Source: a virus (taxonomy: Duplodnaviria; Caudoviricetes). Taken from it: a stretch of DNA of 55,230 nt. Shown piece by piece: positions 29,340-38,899 of this stretch (positions within the stretch are counted from its first letter, which is position 1; the number at the start of each line of letters is the position of its first letter). The notes under the pieces are model-generated. The model saw only the letters and a program-made list of their open reading frames with translations. It ran no database searches and had not been told where the DNA came from. The stretch is from the IMG/VR virus record IMGVR_UViG_3300042397_000935, positions 1 through 55,230 of that record, one strand, 5' to 3'. The position numbers were made by a program, and so were the translations under genes.

Positions 29340-30028
29340 CCATTAAGCCCGATTACGGTGCCTTGAATATTAACAACACCATTTGCCGATTTTATGTTAA
29401 TATCTTTATTACAAGCAATTTCAATTTTACCCTCAACTGAAACGATTTGCAAGTCCCCCTTAATAACACTAATCGAATGGTCATTCATAGTCACACTCGC
29501 CGAGTCTTTCATTGATTTTGTGATGATAGTTCCGTCCGGAAAGATCTCTACATATGAACCAGATTTGTGGTAAATATGAATGCGCTCTGCTCTTGGCGTA
29601 TCATCAAGTTCTAAAACGTGACCCGACTCTGTAGTAATCGTCTTATTGTAAGGATACTTGGCAGCGTATTCACTTTTCTTTTCATATAATTCATCAACAT
29701 ATTCTTTTTGCACGGGTCCATTGCCACGAGCGTAACTCGAGACTGAGTGGTTGCTATCATCTACTGCATACGGGAAACTACCAATGATGTATGATAGTTT
29801 TGAGTCGACACGGAATCCAAATACCTTTGAGTCTATACTTAAACCGACTGCCGATGTTCCTATTCCCTTAGCATTTGCGCCAGTTGTAGGCATAGAAACA
29901 TGACACCAGAATAAGTTGGCATTAGATTCTAGAGAGTGCCCGATAAGTTCCTTTACCTTGACACGACCCATCTTTAGCGGATCGTCAATGTCAACAACTT
30001 CACCTTGAAACCAGCGTTCAATATCCAT
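29336..30028 (-). CDS. gp5: Short gp5-like baseplate spike (OB-fold plus beta-helix, no lysozyme domain)
   Basis: WFQGEVVDIDDPLKMGRVKV; YPYNK...TESGHVLELDDTPRAERIHIYHKSG. Confidence 0.88.
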   Translation of the reverse strand: MDIERWFQGEVVDIDDPLKMGRVKVKELIGHSLESNANLFWCHVSMPTTGANAKGIGTSAVGLSIDSKVFGFRVDSKLSYIIGSFPYAVDDSNHSVSSYARGNGPVQKEYVDELYEKKSEYAAKYPYNKTITTESGHVLELDDTPRAERIHIYHKSGSYVEIFPDGTIITKSMKDSASVTMNDHSISVIKGDLQIVSVEGKIEIACNKDINIKSANGVVNIQGTVIGLNG

Positions 30029-30039
30029 TCATAATTCCT

Positions 30040-31320
30040 TTATACAAGAGTCTCGGCTTTTGGTGCAGCTCCACCATAACCATCCTTAACGATCTCCAAT
30101 CCCTGCATATACTCAGCGCCTTCACCAAACGTTAACGTATGGCGGCATTTAGTTACCAGATAGTTACCGGCCAACATGGCATTCGTATCAACATTCGGCC
30201 TATCTTCACCAAGCGTCAAGGCATTAAACTCCGGAATCTTTGCAGTAATTACATCACCGATAGTTATAGTCGTATCGCCATAGATAGTAATGTGCGCAAT
30301 GGTATTAAACAGGAATGATAGATAGTATGGTCTGATAGCAGCGGCATATGCTGACTCTGATGTTTCAGTCATCGGATCATAACGAACTATGAATATTTTA
30401 CCTTCATTTTTTGCCAACTCATTTTGTGCGGCAGCCGAAGATGATTCGGAACCCTTGTTTAATTGGACAAAATTTAATCGTTTTGGATCTACATCGATAG
30501 GTGTAAGCTCTTGCGTAATTATATCAAGCTTTTTTACAGAGATCTTACCAGCACCGAGTGCACGTGTGACGTTTGCATTGCCGGTCTGAATAGATTTAAA
30601 TGCTAAGATGTTTCTCCATTTCGTGCCGGCATTACTGACATCTGCAACAGCAGCCTGAGTAAAATACTTATCACCGATCTTTGTAAGACCGTCCTTGATA
30701 AGTCCTTCGAAAGACTTGAAGTGATAGCCTTTACTGTTTTCATAGAATAGGAAACAATGGCCATTATATTCGGCTGATATAGCCTTCAGTCTGACCTCAT
30801 CTATGGCTGTAAATGGATTGACTACGGTAAAGTTGAATCCATGAAGACCTTGTGTCTTTTCTGGGAAGAAGTTCTTCTTTGATTCTACAAGTCTTAATAG
30901 TGCACCGATCATCGTCTCGCAGTCGATCTTCTCCTTCACAAGAGAAAGATTCTTGATCTCTGATGACTTAAGTGCCTCCTTAGAAACACATGTGATTTTA
31001 TAGACGAGCCCTTTATCATCTGGTGTAGCATTTGCTGGGTCGACGATAATAGGGTAAAAGGTGTACTTTACAGATGCCTCTGCATTGTCTTCGTATGTAT
31101 TGAATTCAATATCGATGCTTTGTTCAAGGAAGTTAAAGTGGTCGAATATACCGACTTTATCAGAGATGACAAACTCTGCAATTGTGGTTGGCTCAAGTAC
31201 GCTCTCGTAGATATCGGCTCTTGCACAGTACGGTGTTAGCCCGAGACGTCTTCCACCAGGAACACTCATCTCAAACGTAATAAGCTTAAATTTGCCTTCA
31301 CGAAATTGTGTTGCTATCAT
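30040..31320 (-). CDS. Baseplate hub protein (gp27/gpD-like)
   Basis: IYESV, FLFYENSKGYHFKS, GDTTITIGDVI, GNYLVTKCRH; lies between gp53 and gp5. Confidence 0.75.
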   Translation of the reverse strand: MIATQFREGKFKLITFEMSVPGGRRLGLTPYCARADIYESVLEPTTIAEFVISDKVGIFDHFNFLEQSIDIEFNTYEDNAEASVKYTFYPIIVDPANATPDDKGLVYKITCVSKEALKSSEIKNLSLVKEKIDCETMIGALLRLVESKKNFFPEKTQGLHGFNFTVVNPFTAIDEVRLKAISAEYNGHCFLFYENSKGYHFKSFEGLIKDGLTKIGDKYFTQAAVADVSNAGTKWRNILAFKSIQTGNANVTRALGAGKISVKKLDIITQELTPIDVDPKRLNFVQLNKGSESSSAAAQNELAKNEGKIFIVRYDPMTETSESAYAAAIRPYYLSFLFNTIAHITIYGDTTITIGDVITAKIPEFNALTLGEDRPNVDTNAMLAGNYLVTKCRHTLTFGEGAEYMQGLEIVKDGYGGAAPKAETLV

Positions 31321-32147
31321 TGTTTAAGTTGCTCAATAAATGATTTTTCGATATCTGGTACATAACCAGACTTGACCATAGTGATGTACTTCTTTAATTC
31401 GTTCTGTTCTTCTTCGTAGTCGTATGCAGATACGGGTGCCCAGAAATCATTTTCGCCTGCTGTAATGTTTTCATTTAACACCGTAACTACAGAGATCTTA
31501 TCTGCTACAGAGACTTCAAATGCACCTTCTACATGCTGTACAATCAATATGCCGGCATCTGTATCTTTTGATACGAGAACACCTGTTGCATTGGTAGATG
31601 GTTGGCTAACAATATCACCAATGTTAAATGACGAGATATCAGCTGTTACTGTTAGTTGAACAATACGATTCGTAGAGACTATCCAATCTTCCTTGACACG
31701 CTCGTAACCAACGATCTGGAAGGTATTGTTTAGTTTTGGTTTCCAATACTTCTTAATATTAGAAGCAAGATTCTCGTATACTGTTTCAGAGATTAGACTC
31801 TCATCAGGAGCCCAATCGTTTCTGTAAAACATAATCTTACTTCTGGCTATTTCTGCTGATCCATACTTTCCGACAATATACTTCTTGAAGTCATCCTGTG
31901 ACTTATAGTAATCGTGGTATGGATCAACGATCTCGTTGGCCATATAGACTAACCAGTCATATTGCGATGAGTTATAATAGTTAAATGATAGTATATCCGG
32001 TCTTGTCGTGCCTTCCTGAAGAACATAATCAAAGTTGACATAGATGTCTTTCTTTGTCTGATCCGTAAAGTCAACGCGCGCCATAATATTCTTGGCAGGT
32101 ACGCCATTATAGTCTACAAGTGGGAATCTATTAAAGTATTTACCCAT
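31317..32147 (-). CDS. gp53: Baseplate wedge subunit gp53
   Basis: KYFNRFP, RPDILSFNYY...DWLVYMAN, VSAYDYEEEQNE; start at ATG 32147. Confidence 0.85.
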   Translation of the reverse strand: MGKYFNRFPLVDYNGVPAKNIMARVDFTDQTKKDIYVNFDYVLQEGTTRPDILSFNYYNSSQYDWLVYMANEIVDPYHDYYKSQDDFKKYIVGKYGSAEIARSKIMFYRNDWAPDESLISETVYENLASNIKKYWKPKLNNTFQIVGYERVKEDWIVSTNRIVQLTVTADISSFNIGDIVSQPSTNATGVLVSKDTDAGILIVQHVEGAFEVSVADKISVVTVLNENITAGENDFWAPVSAYDYEEEQNELKKYITMVKSGYVPDIEKSFIEQLKQ

Positions 32148-33396
32148 TTTTTCTAACCCCAGGCTGTACGCCAATGCCAGATGTTCCTGTACCTTGACTT
32201 ACACCTTCATATACTGATCGTGTTGCCTCTTTGCCTGCTTCTATAACTGGCGTCAGACCAAGTCTATCTGCACCCTTCTCGAGAGCATCTTTGAATTGCT
32301 CAAGTTTATCTTCGCGCTCACCACTTGTTAGGCCGTAGTCTTTTGCTGTCTGGATCTCAGTTTCAAGCATTTGTAGTTCAAGCTGAATCATGGTAGGTTC
32401 TCTTGTTCCAGCAAAGAACGACGGAAGACCAGCCGGTGCATAGTTAATCGATACACTTTTAATCAGACACTTCTTAAATTTGATAAGATCATCACCCCAT
32501 GGCATTAGTCTAATCTCAACCATTGGAGGATATTGAAGTGCTGCTGTACCGGTGGTGCTATAGTCTGGTAAAGAGTTCTTTTTGATCTCTTTGATAATAG
32601 CCTTAAGGTTTCTGCTCTCTTGAGGATTGCGTGGTGCAAATGTCCACTGAAACGTATGTGTTCTCAGATCGACACCAGAAAAGAGTGCTTGTAAGTGCGG
32701 GTTAGGAACTGCGCCAAGTGCTTGTCCTAATGCATCTGCTGCACTGCCTTCAAAAGCTTGCGCAAGAGCACCGTATAAAATGGCAAACTCTGTGCCTTGT
32801 ACGCTTGTTCCAGCACCTCTTAGAAGATCTACACCAAGATCAGCAAGTCCGCCTGCTTTAGCACCAAGTGCCTTTGGATTGACGTCAAGATCAAAGTTTT
32901 CTTTAAGATCTCTTGGAATAGGAAGTTGAATAGTCTTGAATCTTTTAAAGACAGCTGCCATCTGAGGACTTGGGCGTTCATAGCTTTGGAAGTCCAATGA
33001 CATATAGTATTTGCCCATTTGATCTGGGAACTGCATTACTTCAGCGTTTTTAATGCTCGACTCGTTAATCTTTTGTACAGCATCTAACGTTGTCTCTGCT
33101 TCACCCGCCAAAAGACGGTTTTCAATCTCTTTAGGTGTAACGCGGTTTTGTTCGGCTGTAGAGCTCTTAAAGAAGTCATCTGCTCTGCCGTTAGAGAAGG
33201 CATCACCGAATCGTGCAGATAGTTCCCCTGCAACAGAATCAGATAAGCCGATTTTCTTTAGACCCTTTGCAAAAGCATCTTCTACGGCGTTCTCTAATTT
33301 CTGTTCAACCTTGTTGATAGCCTTGTTAATCAGTCTATTAGCAATACCGCCCTGATCTTTTTTGAAACTTTTTATATTAAGATTAATAAGTGCCAT
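32140..33396 (-). CDS. gp48: Baseplate tail-tube cap gp48-like
   Basis: NPHLQALFSGVDLRTHTFQWTFAPRNPQES, YPP; start at ATG 33396, after the late promoter. Confidence 0.82.
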   Translation of the reverse strand: MALINLNIKSFKKDQGGIANRLINKAINKVEQKLENAVEDAFAKGLKKIGLSDSVAGELSARFGDAFSNGRADDFFKSSTAEQNRVTPKEIENRLLAGEAETTLDAVQKINESSIKNAEVMQFPDQMGKYYMSLDFQSYERPSPQMAAVFKRFKTIQLPIPRDLKENFDLDVNPKALGAKAGGLADLGVDLLRGAGTSVQGTEFAILYGALAQAFEGSAADALGQALGAVPNPHLQALFSGVDLRTHTFQWTFAPRNPQESRNLKAIIKEIKKNSLPDYSTTGTAALQYPPMVEIRLMPWGDDLIKFKKCLIKSVSINYAPAGLPSFFAGTREPTMIQLELQMLETEIQTAKDYGLTSGEREDKLEQFKDALEKGADRLGLTPVIEAGKEATRSVYEGVSQGTGTSGIGVQPGVRKNG

Positions 33397-33422
33397 TGGC
33401 TTCTCTTTTATTTTCTGTTCGA

Positions 33423-33440
33423 TTCTATTTATAAATAGAA
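33423..33440. promoter_or_regulatory. Overlapping divergent late promoters (TATAAATA on both strands)
   Basis: Perfect palindrome ttctatttataaatagaa; minus box 33426-33433, plus box 33430-33437. Confidence 0.85.
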
Positions 33441-33441
33441 A

Positions 33442-33885
33442 ATGGCATATAAAGGAAAGTTTCAACCAAGGAACCCTCAAAAGTATCTTGGTGATCCGAC
33501 AAATATTATCTACAGAAGTAGGTGGGAACTAAAATTCATGGGATGGTTAGATAGTCATCCTGGTGTAGTGCAATGGGGAAGTGAAGAACTAATCATTCCT
33601 TATAGATCTCCTATTGACGGCAGAATCCATAGATACTTCCCTGACTTTACTGTCAAGAAGAAGACACCTGACGGTAAAATAGATACCGTTATTATAGAGA
33701 TTAAACCAAAAGCACAGTGTTCACCTCCTAAAGTACAGTCTGGCAAACCTAATAAGCGGTATATTACTGAGGTCCAGACGTGGGGGATAAATAGTAGCAA
33801 ATGGGAAGCTGCAACTAACTATTGCAAAGATCGAGGATGGAAGTTCGAGATCTTAACGGAAATTGAACTAGGAATCACGTTTTAA
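33442..33885 (+). CDS. gp4: Head completion nuclease gp4
   Basis: YKGKF.P.NPQKYLGDPTNIIYRSRWE, HRYFPDF, IEIKP. Confidence 0.92.
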   Translation: MAYKGKFQPRNPQKYLGDPTNIIYRSRWELKFMGWLDSHPGVVQWGSEELIIPYRSPIDGRIHRYFPDFTVKKKTPDGKIDTVIIEIKPKAQCSPPKVQSGKPNKRYITEVQTWGINSSKWEAATNYCKDRGWKFEILTEIELGITF

Positions 33886-34484
33886 TGGCAACAGTGTTCG
33901 ACACAATCATTACACAGGGTGTTCGTGCTGGACAGATACCTGCACGTACGCAGCAAGCCCGTGACTGGTTTCGTGACACTGCACAAAAGATCTCACGTAT
34001 AAACGAACGTGAGCTCATGAGGGGTGACCAGTCAAGGTTGCAATCAAGACTAATCATCGGCCAGATGTATATGTTCTATTACGATCCTAAGTGGAAAGAT
34101 GAACTAGCATATTATGACAGGTTTCCATTGGTATTTCCGTTTCGTAAGGTGCCAGGTGGATTCTATGGTTTGAACCTACACTACCTTCCACCACAACTTC
34201 GTGCAAGACTGATGGATGGACTATATGACTATGCCAACAACACACGATATGACGAGTCTACTAAGATTAAGATGAACTACTCGCTTCTACAGTCGGTATC
34301 GAAGCTTAAGTTCTTTGAACCATGCGTAAAGCATTATCTTGACGACCACGTACGTTCTAGGTTCATGTACATTTACCCGTCTGAATGGGACGTTGCTTTG
34401 TTCTTGCCAACAGAACGCTTTGTCAAACAGACTAAGACTCAGGTATGGAGTCAATCAAAGAAGATGCTAGGGGTTAGGAAGTAA
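33885..34484 (+). CDS. gp2: DNA end protector protein gp2
   Basis: MFYYDPK...YYDRFPL...GLNLHYLPP...CVKHYL. Confidence 0.92.
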   Translation: MATVFDTIITQGVRAGQIPARTQQARDWFRDTAQKISRINERELMRGDQSRLQSRLIIGQMYMFYYDPKWKDELAYYDRFPLVFPFRKVPGGFYGLNLHYLPPQLRARLMDGLYDYANNTRYDESTKIKMNYSLLQSVSKLKFFEPCVKHYLDDHVRSRFMYIYPSEWDVALFLPTERFVKQTKTQVWSQSKKMLGVRK

Positions 34485-35887
34485 TGTCAAATCGATTTCA
34501 ACCTATTGTCGAAGGCCAAAGAACTGCCAGTCCTAGTAATTATGATGGGCGTGGAAGAAAGGGTGGCACTTCAAACTTAAAAGCTGATGCGCAAAACAGA
34601 AGAACAGCTGATGCCACAATAAGAGCCAATCAAAATTATAACTTATGGTTATTAGAACCAGAAGGAACAAAAGCTCTTAACCAAAGAATAAATGAAATCA
34701 AAAATGCAGCTGGCGCGCGTGGCGCTGGAGCGGGTGACGCGATTAGACGCCAAGCCGAAACAGATTTGAGAAATGCTTATGTTCCTGTAAGGGTGAAAAA
34801 AATCTTAGCAGATGAAGAAAAGCCAGTACGCAGTGATAGATCTTCACAACAAGTTGTAAGTAACGCAAAGCCGGCAGCGCAGCAAACGCCAAAGCCGTTT
34901 GATTTTTCAACGGCACCGAAGCCAAGCGATCAAGAACTCGAACCTAGTAATGCCGCTGTTGTAAACCAAGCAGATAGAACGCAAACTGCCGGTGCAGCAT
35001 CAAAGCAAGTTTTCAACCTCAACAGCTTTTTAACAGAAGTTCTTAATCAAGACGTACTGCCGTCTCACTCGTATCTTGTAACTTTTGCACCGTTCAGAAA
35101 TGGGTTTCCTGAAAACCAACCACTAACAAACTTCGTAACAAACAAAAGAAGTACGTTGGTCATGAGATGTGAAAACGTTATCCTTCCAACGCCGTCATTG
35201 CTTGAGGAAGAGAACATTCGTAGATACGGATATGGTCCTGTAGAGAAGGTTCCATATGGTGTCCAGTTCAGTGATGTGTCTATGACATGGTTAGTTGACA
35301 GTAAGTCTGAGATAATCGACTTTATGCATCAATGGATGAACACGATTGTTTCCCACGATTCACCAGGTATAAGCGGAGATGGAACCACAATCAGCAATTC
35401 ATCGTACCGAGATAAGCTTGGCGGTTACTCACCGTTTGAAGTCGGATACAAAGACGCATATACTAATCCTATCGTCAGGATTTACGTATATAATAGACAA
35501 CAACAAGTCGTAACTGAATATGAAATGTTTGATGTCTTCCCAATGAATATTCAATCGATAAATCTTTCATGGTCAGATGAGAATCAGATCCAGAAGCTTA
35601 CCGTTAATTTTGCATATGTAAATATGAGAATGAAAGCTCCTCAAAAAGTATCTGACCAAGTATCTTATGATAACCTTGAAGCCTTAGTTAGCCCATACGA
35701 GGAGAGAAGACAGCCAACCGATAAGGGTGGGGCGGCTGCATCCGATGCTGCCGGATCTCCTACTGGTGAAAACATTACGACGACTGCAAACGCATCTCGT
35801 CCAAATGCAACCGAATCTAAACAAACCGCTCCTACCGGAGTAATCGTACCACCTAATTCACCACAGAATAGAGTTCTTGGTCCTTAA
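34484..35887 (+). CDS. gp54: Tail-tube initiator gp54-like with long N-terminal extension
   Basis: RCENVILP, YGPVEKVPY, FMHQWMN, DVFPMNI...LSW...KLTVNFAY; lies between gp2 and gp26. Confidence 0.72.
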   Translation: MSNRFQPIVEGQRTASPSNYDGRGRKGGTSNLKADAQNRRTADATIRANQNYNLWLLEPEGTKALNQRINEIKNAAGARGAGAGDAIRRQAETDLRNAYVPVRVKKILADEEKPVRSDRSSQQVVSNAKPAAQQTPKPFDFSTAPKPSDQELEPSNAAVVNQADRTQTAGAASKQVFNLNSFLTEVLNQDVLPSHSYLVTFAPFRNGFPENQPLTNFVTNKRSTLVMRCENVILPTPSLLEEENIRRYGYGPVEKVPYGVQFSDVSMTWLVDSKSEIIDFMHQWMNTIVSHDSPGISGDGTTISNSSYRDKLGGYSPFEVGYKDAYTNPIVRIYVYNRQQQVVTEYEMFDVFPMNIQSINLSWSDENQIQKLTVNFAYVNMRMKAPQKVSDQVSYDNLEALVSPYEERRQPTDKGGAAASDAAGSPTGENITTTANASRPNATESKQTAPTGVIVPPNSPQNRVLGP

Positions 35888-35904
35888 CATAATGGAGTAT
35901 TATA

Positions 35905-36612
35905 ATGCCTTTACCAAAAATTGATCAGCCGCTATTTGATATGGTCATCCCTTCAACAGGGAAGAAGGTCACATTCAGACCTTTCCTTGTCAAAGAAGAA
36001 AAGATCCTTTTAATTGCACAACAAAGTGGCAATGACAGTGAAATCATCAGAGCTATCAAGCAGATCCTGAACAACTGTATCCAAGACGATCTAGATCTAG
36101 ATACATTGGCTATCTTTGATATCGAGTACGCCTTCCTTAAGTTACGTGCTAAGTCCGTTAATAACGTTGTAAAGCTTTCTTATCGTGATACAGAAGATGA
36201 TGAAGTGTACAACTTTGATCTGGATCTTGATACTATCGAGATTGATATGCCAGAAAGAATCAACTCAAAGATCAAAATCACTGATAACGTTGGCATGACA
36301 ATGAAATATCCATCGGCATCTATCACTGATAAGATGGGTGGATTCGATAATGAGGTCGATCTAATGACCTTCTTTATTGTCAACTGTATCGATACGATCT
36401 ATGACGAAGATAGCGTATACGTTGCTGACGACTTCAGTGAACAAGAGATCTCTGAATTCTTAGATGGTCTTGATGTCAAGACATTTGAAAAGATTCGTGA
36501 GTTCTTTGAAAGTGTTCCACGCTTATACCATAAGATTGAATATACCAACAAAGCCGAGAGTCCACGTTCGATTGAATTGACGAGTCTCAAAGATTTTTTT
36601 ATGTGGGGCTGA
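35905..36612 (+). CDS. gp26: Baseplate hub assembly protein gp26
   Basis: MPLPKI...FRPFLVKEEKILL...FDIEYAFLKLRAKSV...LKDFF. Confidence 0.92.
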   Translation: MPLPKIDQPLFDMVIPSTGKKVTFRPFLVKEEKILLIAQQSGNDSEIIRAIKQILNNCIQDDLDLDTLAIFDIEYAFLKLRAKSVNNVVKLSYRDTEDDEVYNFDLDLDTIEIDMPERINSKIKITDNVGMTMKYPSASITDKMGGFDNEVDLMTFFIVNCIDTIYDEDSVYVADDFSEQEISEFLDGLDVKTFEKIREFFESVPRLYHKIEYTNKAESPRSIELTSLKDFFMWG

Positions 36613-36785
36613 GTCACACAACCCTAGCAAGATACTATTCAATGGTATTTTCTTTGGCTCAGCATCATAAATATTCAATCAGTGAAATTGAAGGTTTGAT
36701 ACCATACGAGAGAGATCTCTATGTTGATATGTTATTGGAGTTCTTAGAACAGCAGAAGCAAGAGATAGAGAGTAGAAAAACGTAA
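36603..36785 (+). CDS. gp51: Baseplate hub assembly catalyst gp51
   Basis: FSLAQHHKYSISEIEGLIPYERDLYV; follows gp26. Confidence 0.85.
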   Translation: MGLSHTTLARYYSMVFSLAQHHKYSISEIEGLIPYERDLYVDMLLEFLEQQKQEIESRKT

Positions 36786-38899
36786 TGCTCGATAAAATAG
36801 CAGTCGGATTAGGAGCCAAAGCATTAGTAGGTGCTGTTGGCAGTGCCGTATCTGGTGCTTATGGCGTTGTGTCTAAGACTGGTCAGGCTCTTGGTACTGC
36901 TGGGAAAGCACTTACTAGTGCCGGCACTGCCAGTCAAAACACTTCTAATCCAAGCAGCAATGTTATAACTGGCAAATTTGGAATGGCAGGTACTGCTGGC
37001 CGTCAAAAAGTTACGGGTGGTGGTACACTGCCAGCTCCAAAAGCTATTGTAAAGCCACAAGTATCTAGTAAGATGCCAACAGAGGCATTGTTAGATACGG
37101 CTGTAAAGTATCTAGTATCAATCGACAAATCTCTCAAGTCACAAGTCGAGTTTGAAAGACGCTCTTACCAAGAACAAGCACAAGTCGAGCGAGAAGCGAT
37201 TATTGAAACCAAATCAGCTACTACGTTCAGTGACATTAAAGATCGACTATCTGGTTTTAAATCTAATGTCAAGGATAGTGCAGGCACTGCAGCAACAATT
37301 GCTAAGTTTGCTTTAATTCTAGGTGGCGCTGCTTCTCTAGTTGCGGCAGCATTAGATCAAAAAGAATTTGATGCACTCAAGCAGAACGTCGAAGAATTTA
37401 AAAACAAATTTAGTTGGCTTGGCGATATGGCATCGTTTATTGGTCTCGGTGGCCTTGCCGGGTTCATTTTTGGTGGTAAAGGTGGTCGACTAAAGGGTGG
37501 ACTTATTGGTATAGTTGCATCGCATGTCATCAGCCGTTTATATTCATCGTTTTCTGGTGGTGAATATAAAACTGATGCGGATGGCAACGTTCTAATCGAT
37601 CAAAATGGAGAACCAATTAAAGAAAGCCGTTCAATGTCTGCCGCCGGACTTGGTTTATCTGCAGCTGCCGGCGTAATTGCTGCCAGAAGTATTGCTAAAA
37701 GATTACCGGCTACTAAACTTGCTGCCCAGTCAGCAGGACAACTAAGTCGAGCGGCAGGTTCGTCTTCTATTGCAGGCGTACAAGCCGCTACTAGAAAAGG
37801 TACTAGTTGGTTAGCATCACGACGTGGACGCAAGTTCCTAGTTATTCTTGGCCGTAAACTCGGCAAAGGTCTAATGGCTAAAGTTGGAAAGTATCTTGCA
37901 CGAATCGTTGCTGGGTTATTACTTACAGCTACTGGTGTTGGAGCTATCCCTGGAATATTAGTAATTCTTGCAAGTATAGCATTTATTGGGTTTGATATAT
38001 TTGATATAGCAACTTCAATATATGATGCATTTAACGAGTCGGCTGCTGAAGACACCGCGGCCATGGCAGTTCCAGCAAAACAAGAACAAACTGCTACTAA
38101 GGTAGCTGGAACTGATATCGGTTCTAATGCACAGTCACAAGTGCCTGTATCTAATCAAGCTATTCTTGAAGCCATCAGGATGAAAGAATCTGGCAATGAC
38201 TACGGTGCACAGAATCCGGTTTCTAGTGCGTCAGGAGCCTATCAGTTTATTGATGGAACATGGCAGTCACTTACTAAAAAATATGGCATTGGTACAGAGT
38301 ACTCCAAAGCTAAACAAGCGCCGCCTAATATTCAAGATGCAGTAGCCGACAAATATGTCAGCGACATCCTTAGTAGAGCCGGTGGAGATGTATCAAAGGT
38401 CCCTCTCGAGTGGTTCACCGGAAACATACAAGGCTCATCAAACCATGCATCGCCAGCTGAGGTTGCAGCATATCAATCTGATTGGCTAAGAATTTACAAT
38501 GGTGGAAAGCCAGATGTAAAAGCAGCAACTAATAGTTCTTTCAACGATACTTCTATGGCAGATAGCGTATCTGGAATGGTAAATGCTGGCGCTGAGAAGA
38601 TGGGCCAAATATTTGGAATGCTTGGTTCGTCTATCATTAAACCCGGTGTTGAAAAGAAATTTGCTCCTAGTGGCGGAAATGTATCAGAACAGATTAATAA
38701 TCAATCGATGAAGCTTCAAAACGATATTACATTTGGCATCAAGAAAGAAAAGGCGAAGGACACAATCACATCGCCGACTATCTCTGCTGGCAAGGCACGC
38801 GGTGTAAGTCCTGTAAAATCTGTTTCTAGTATAGATCCAAACTATCAAAACATGGATGTACTAACTAAATACCTATCACATTTTAGGTTGGCCGCATGA
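36785..38899 (+). CDS. Tail (tape-measure/hub-like) protein with lytic transglycosylase-like domain
   Basis: ESGNDYGAQN...ASGAYQFIDGTW lysozyme-fold motif; several hydrophobic helices. Confidence 0.78.
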   Translation: MLDKIAVGLGAKALVGAVGSAVSGAYGVVSKTGQALGTAGKALTSAGTASQNTSNPSSNVITGKFGMAGTAGRQKVTGGGTLPAPKAIVKPQVSSKMPTEALLDTAVKYLVSIDKSLKSQVEFERRSYQEQAQVEREAIIETKSATTFSDIKDRLSGFKSNVKDSAGTAATIAKFALILGGAASLVAAALDQKEFDALKQNVEEFKNKFSWLGDMASFIGLGGLAGFIFGGKGGRLKGGLIGIVASHVISRLYSSFSGGEYKTDADGNVLIDQNGEPIKESRSMSAAGLGLSAAAGVIAARSIAKRLPATKLAAQSAGQLSRAAGSSSIAGVQAATRKGTSWLASRRGRKFLVILGRKLGKGLMAKVGKYLARIVAGLLLTATGVGAIPGILVILASIAFIGFDIFDIATSIYDAFNESAAEDTAAMAVPAKQEQTATKVAGTDIGSNAQSQVPVSNQAILEAIRMKESGNDYGAQNPVSSASGAYQFIDGTWQSLTKKYGIGTEYSKAKQAPPNIQDAVADKYVSDILSRAGGDVSKVPLEWFTGNIQGSSNHASPAEVAAYQSDWLRIYNGGKPDVKAATNSSFNDTSMADSVSGMVNAGAEKMGQIFGMLGSSIIKPGVEKKFAPSGGNVSEQINNQSMKLQNDITFGIKKEKAKDTITSPTISAGKARGVSPVKSVSSIDPNYQNMDVLTKYLSHFRLAA

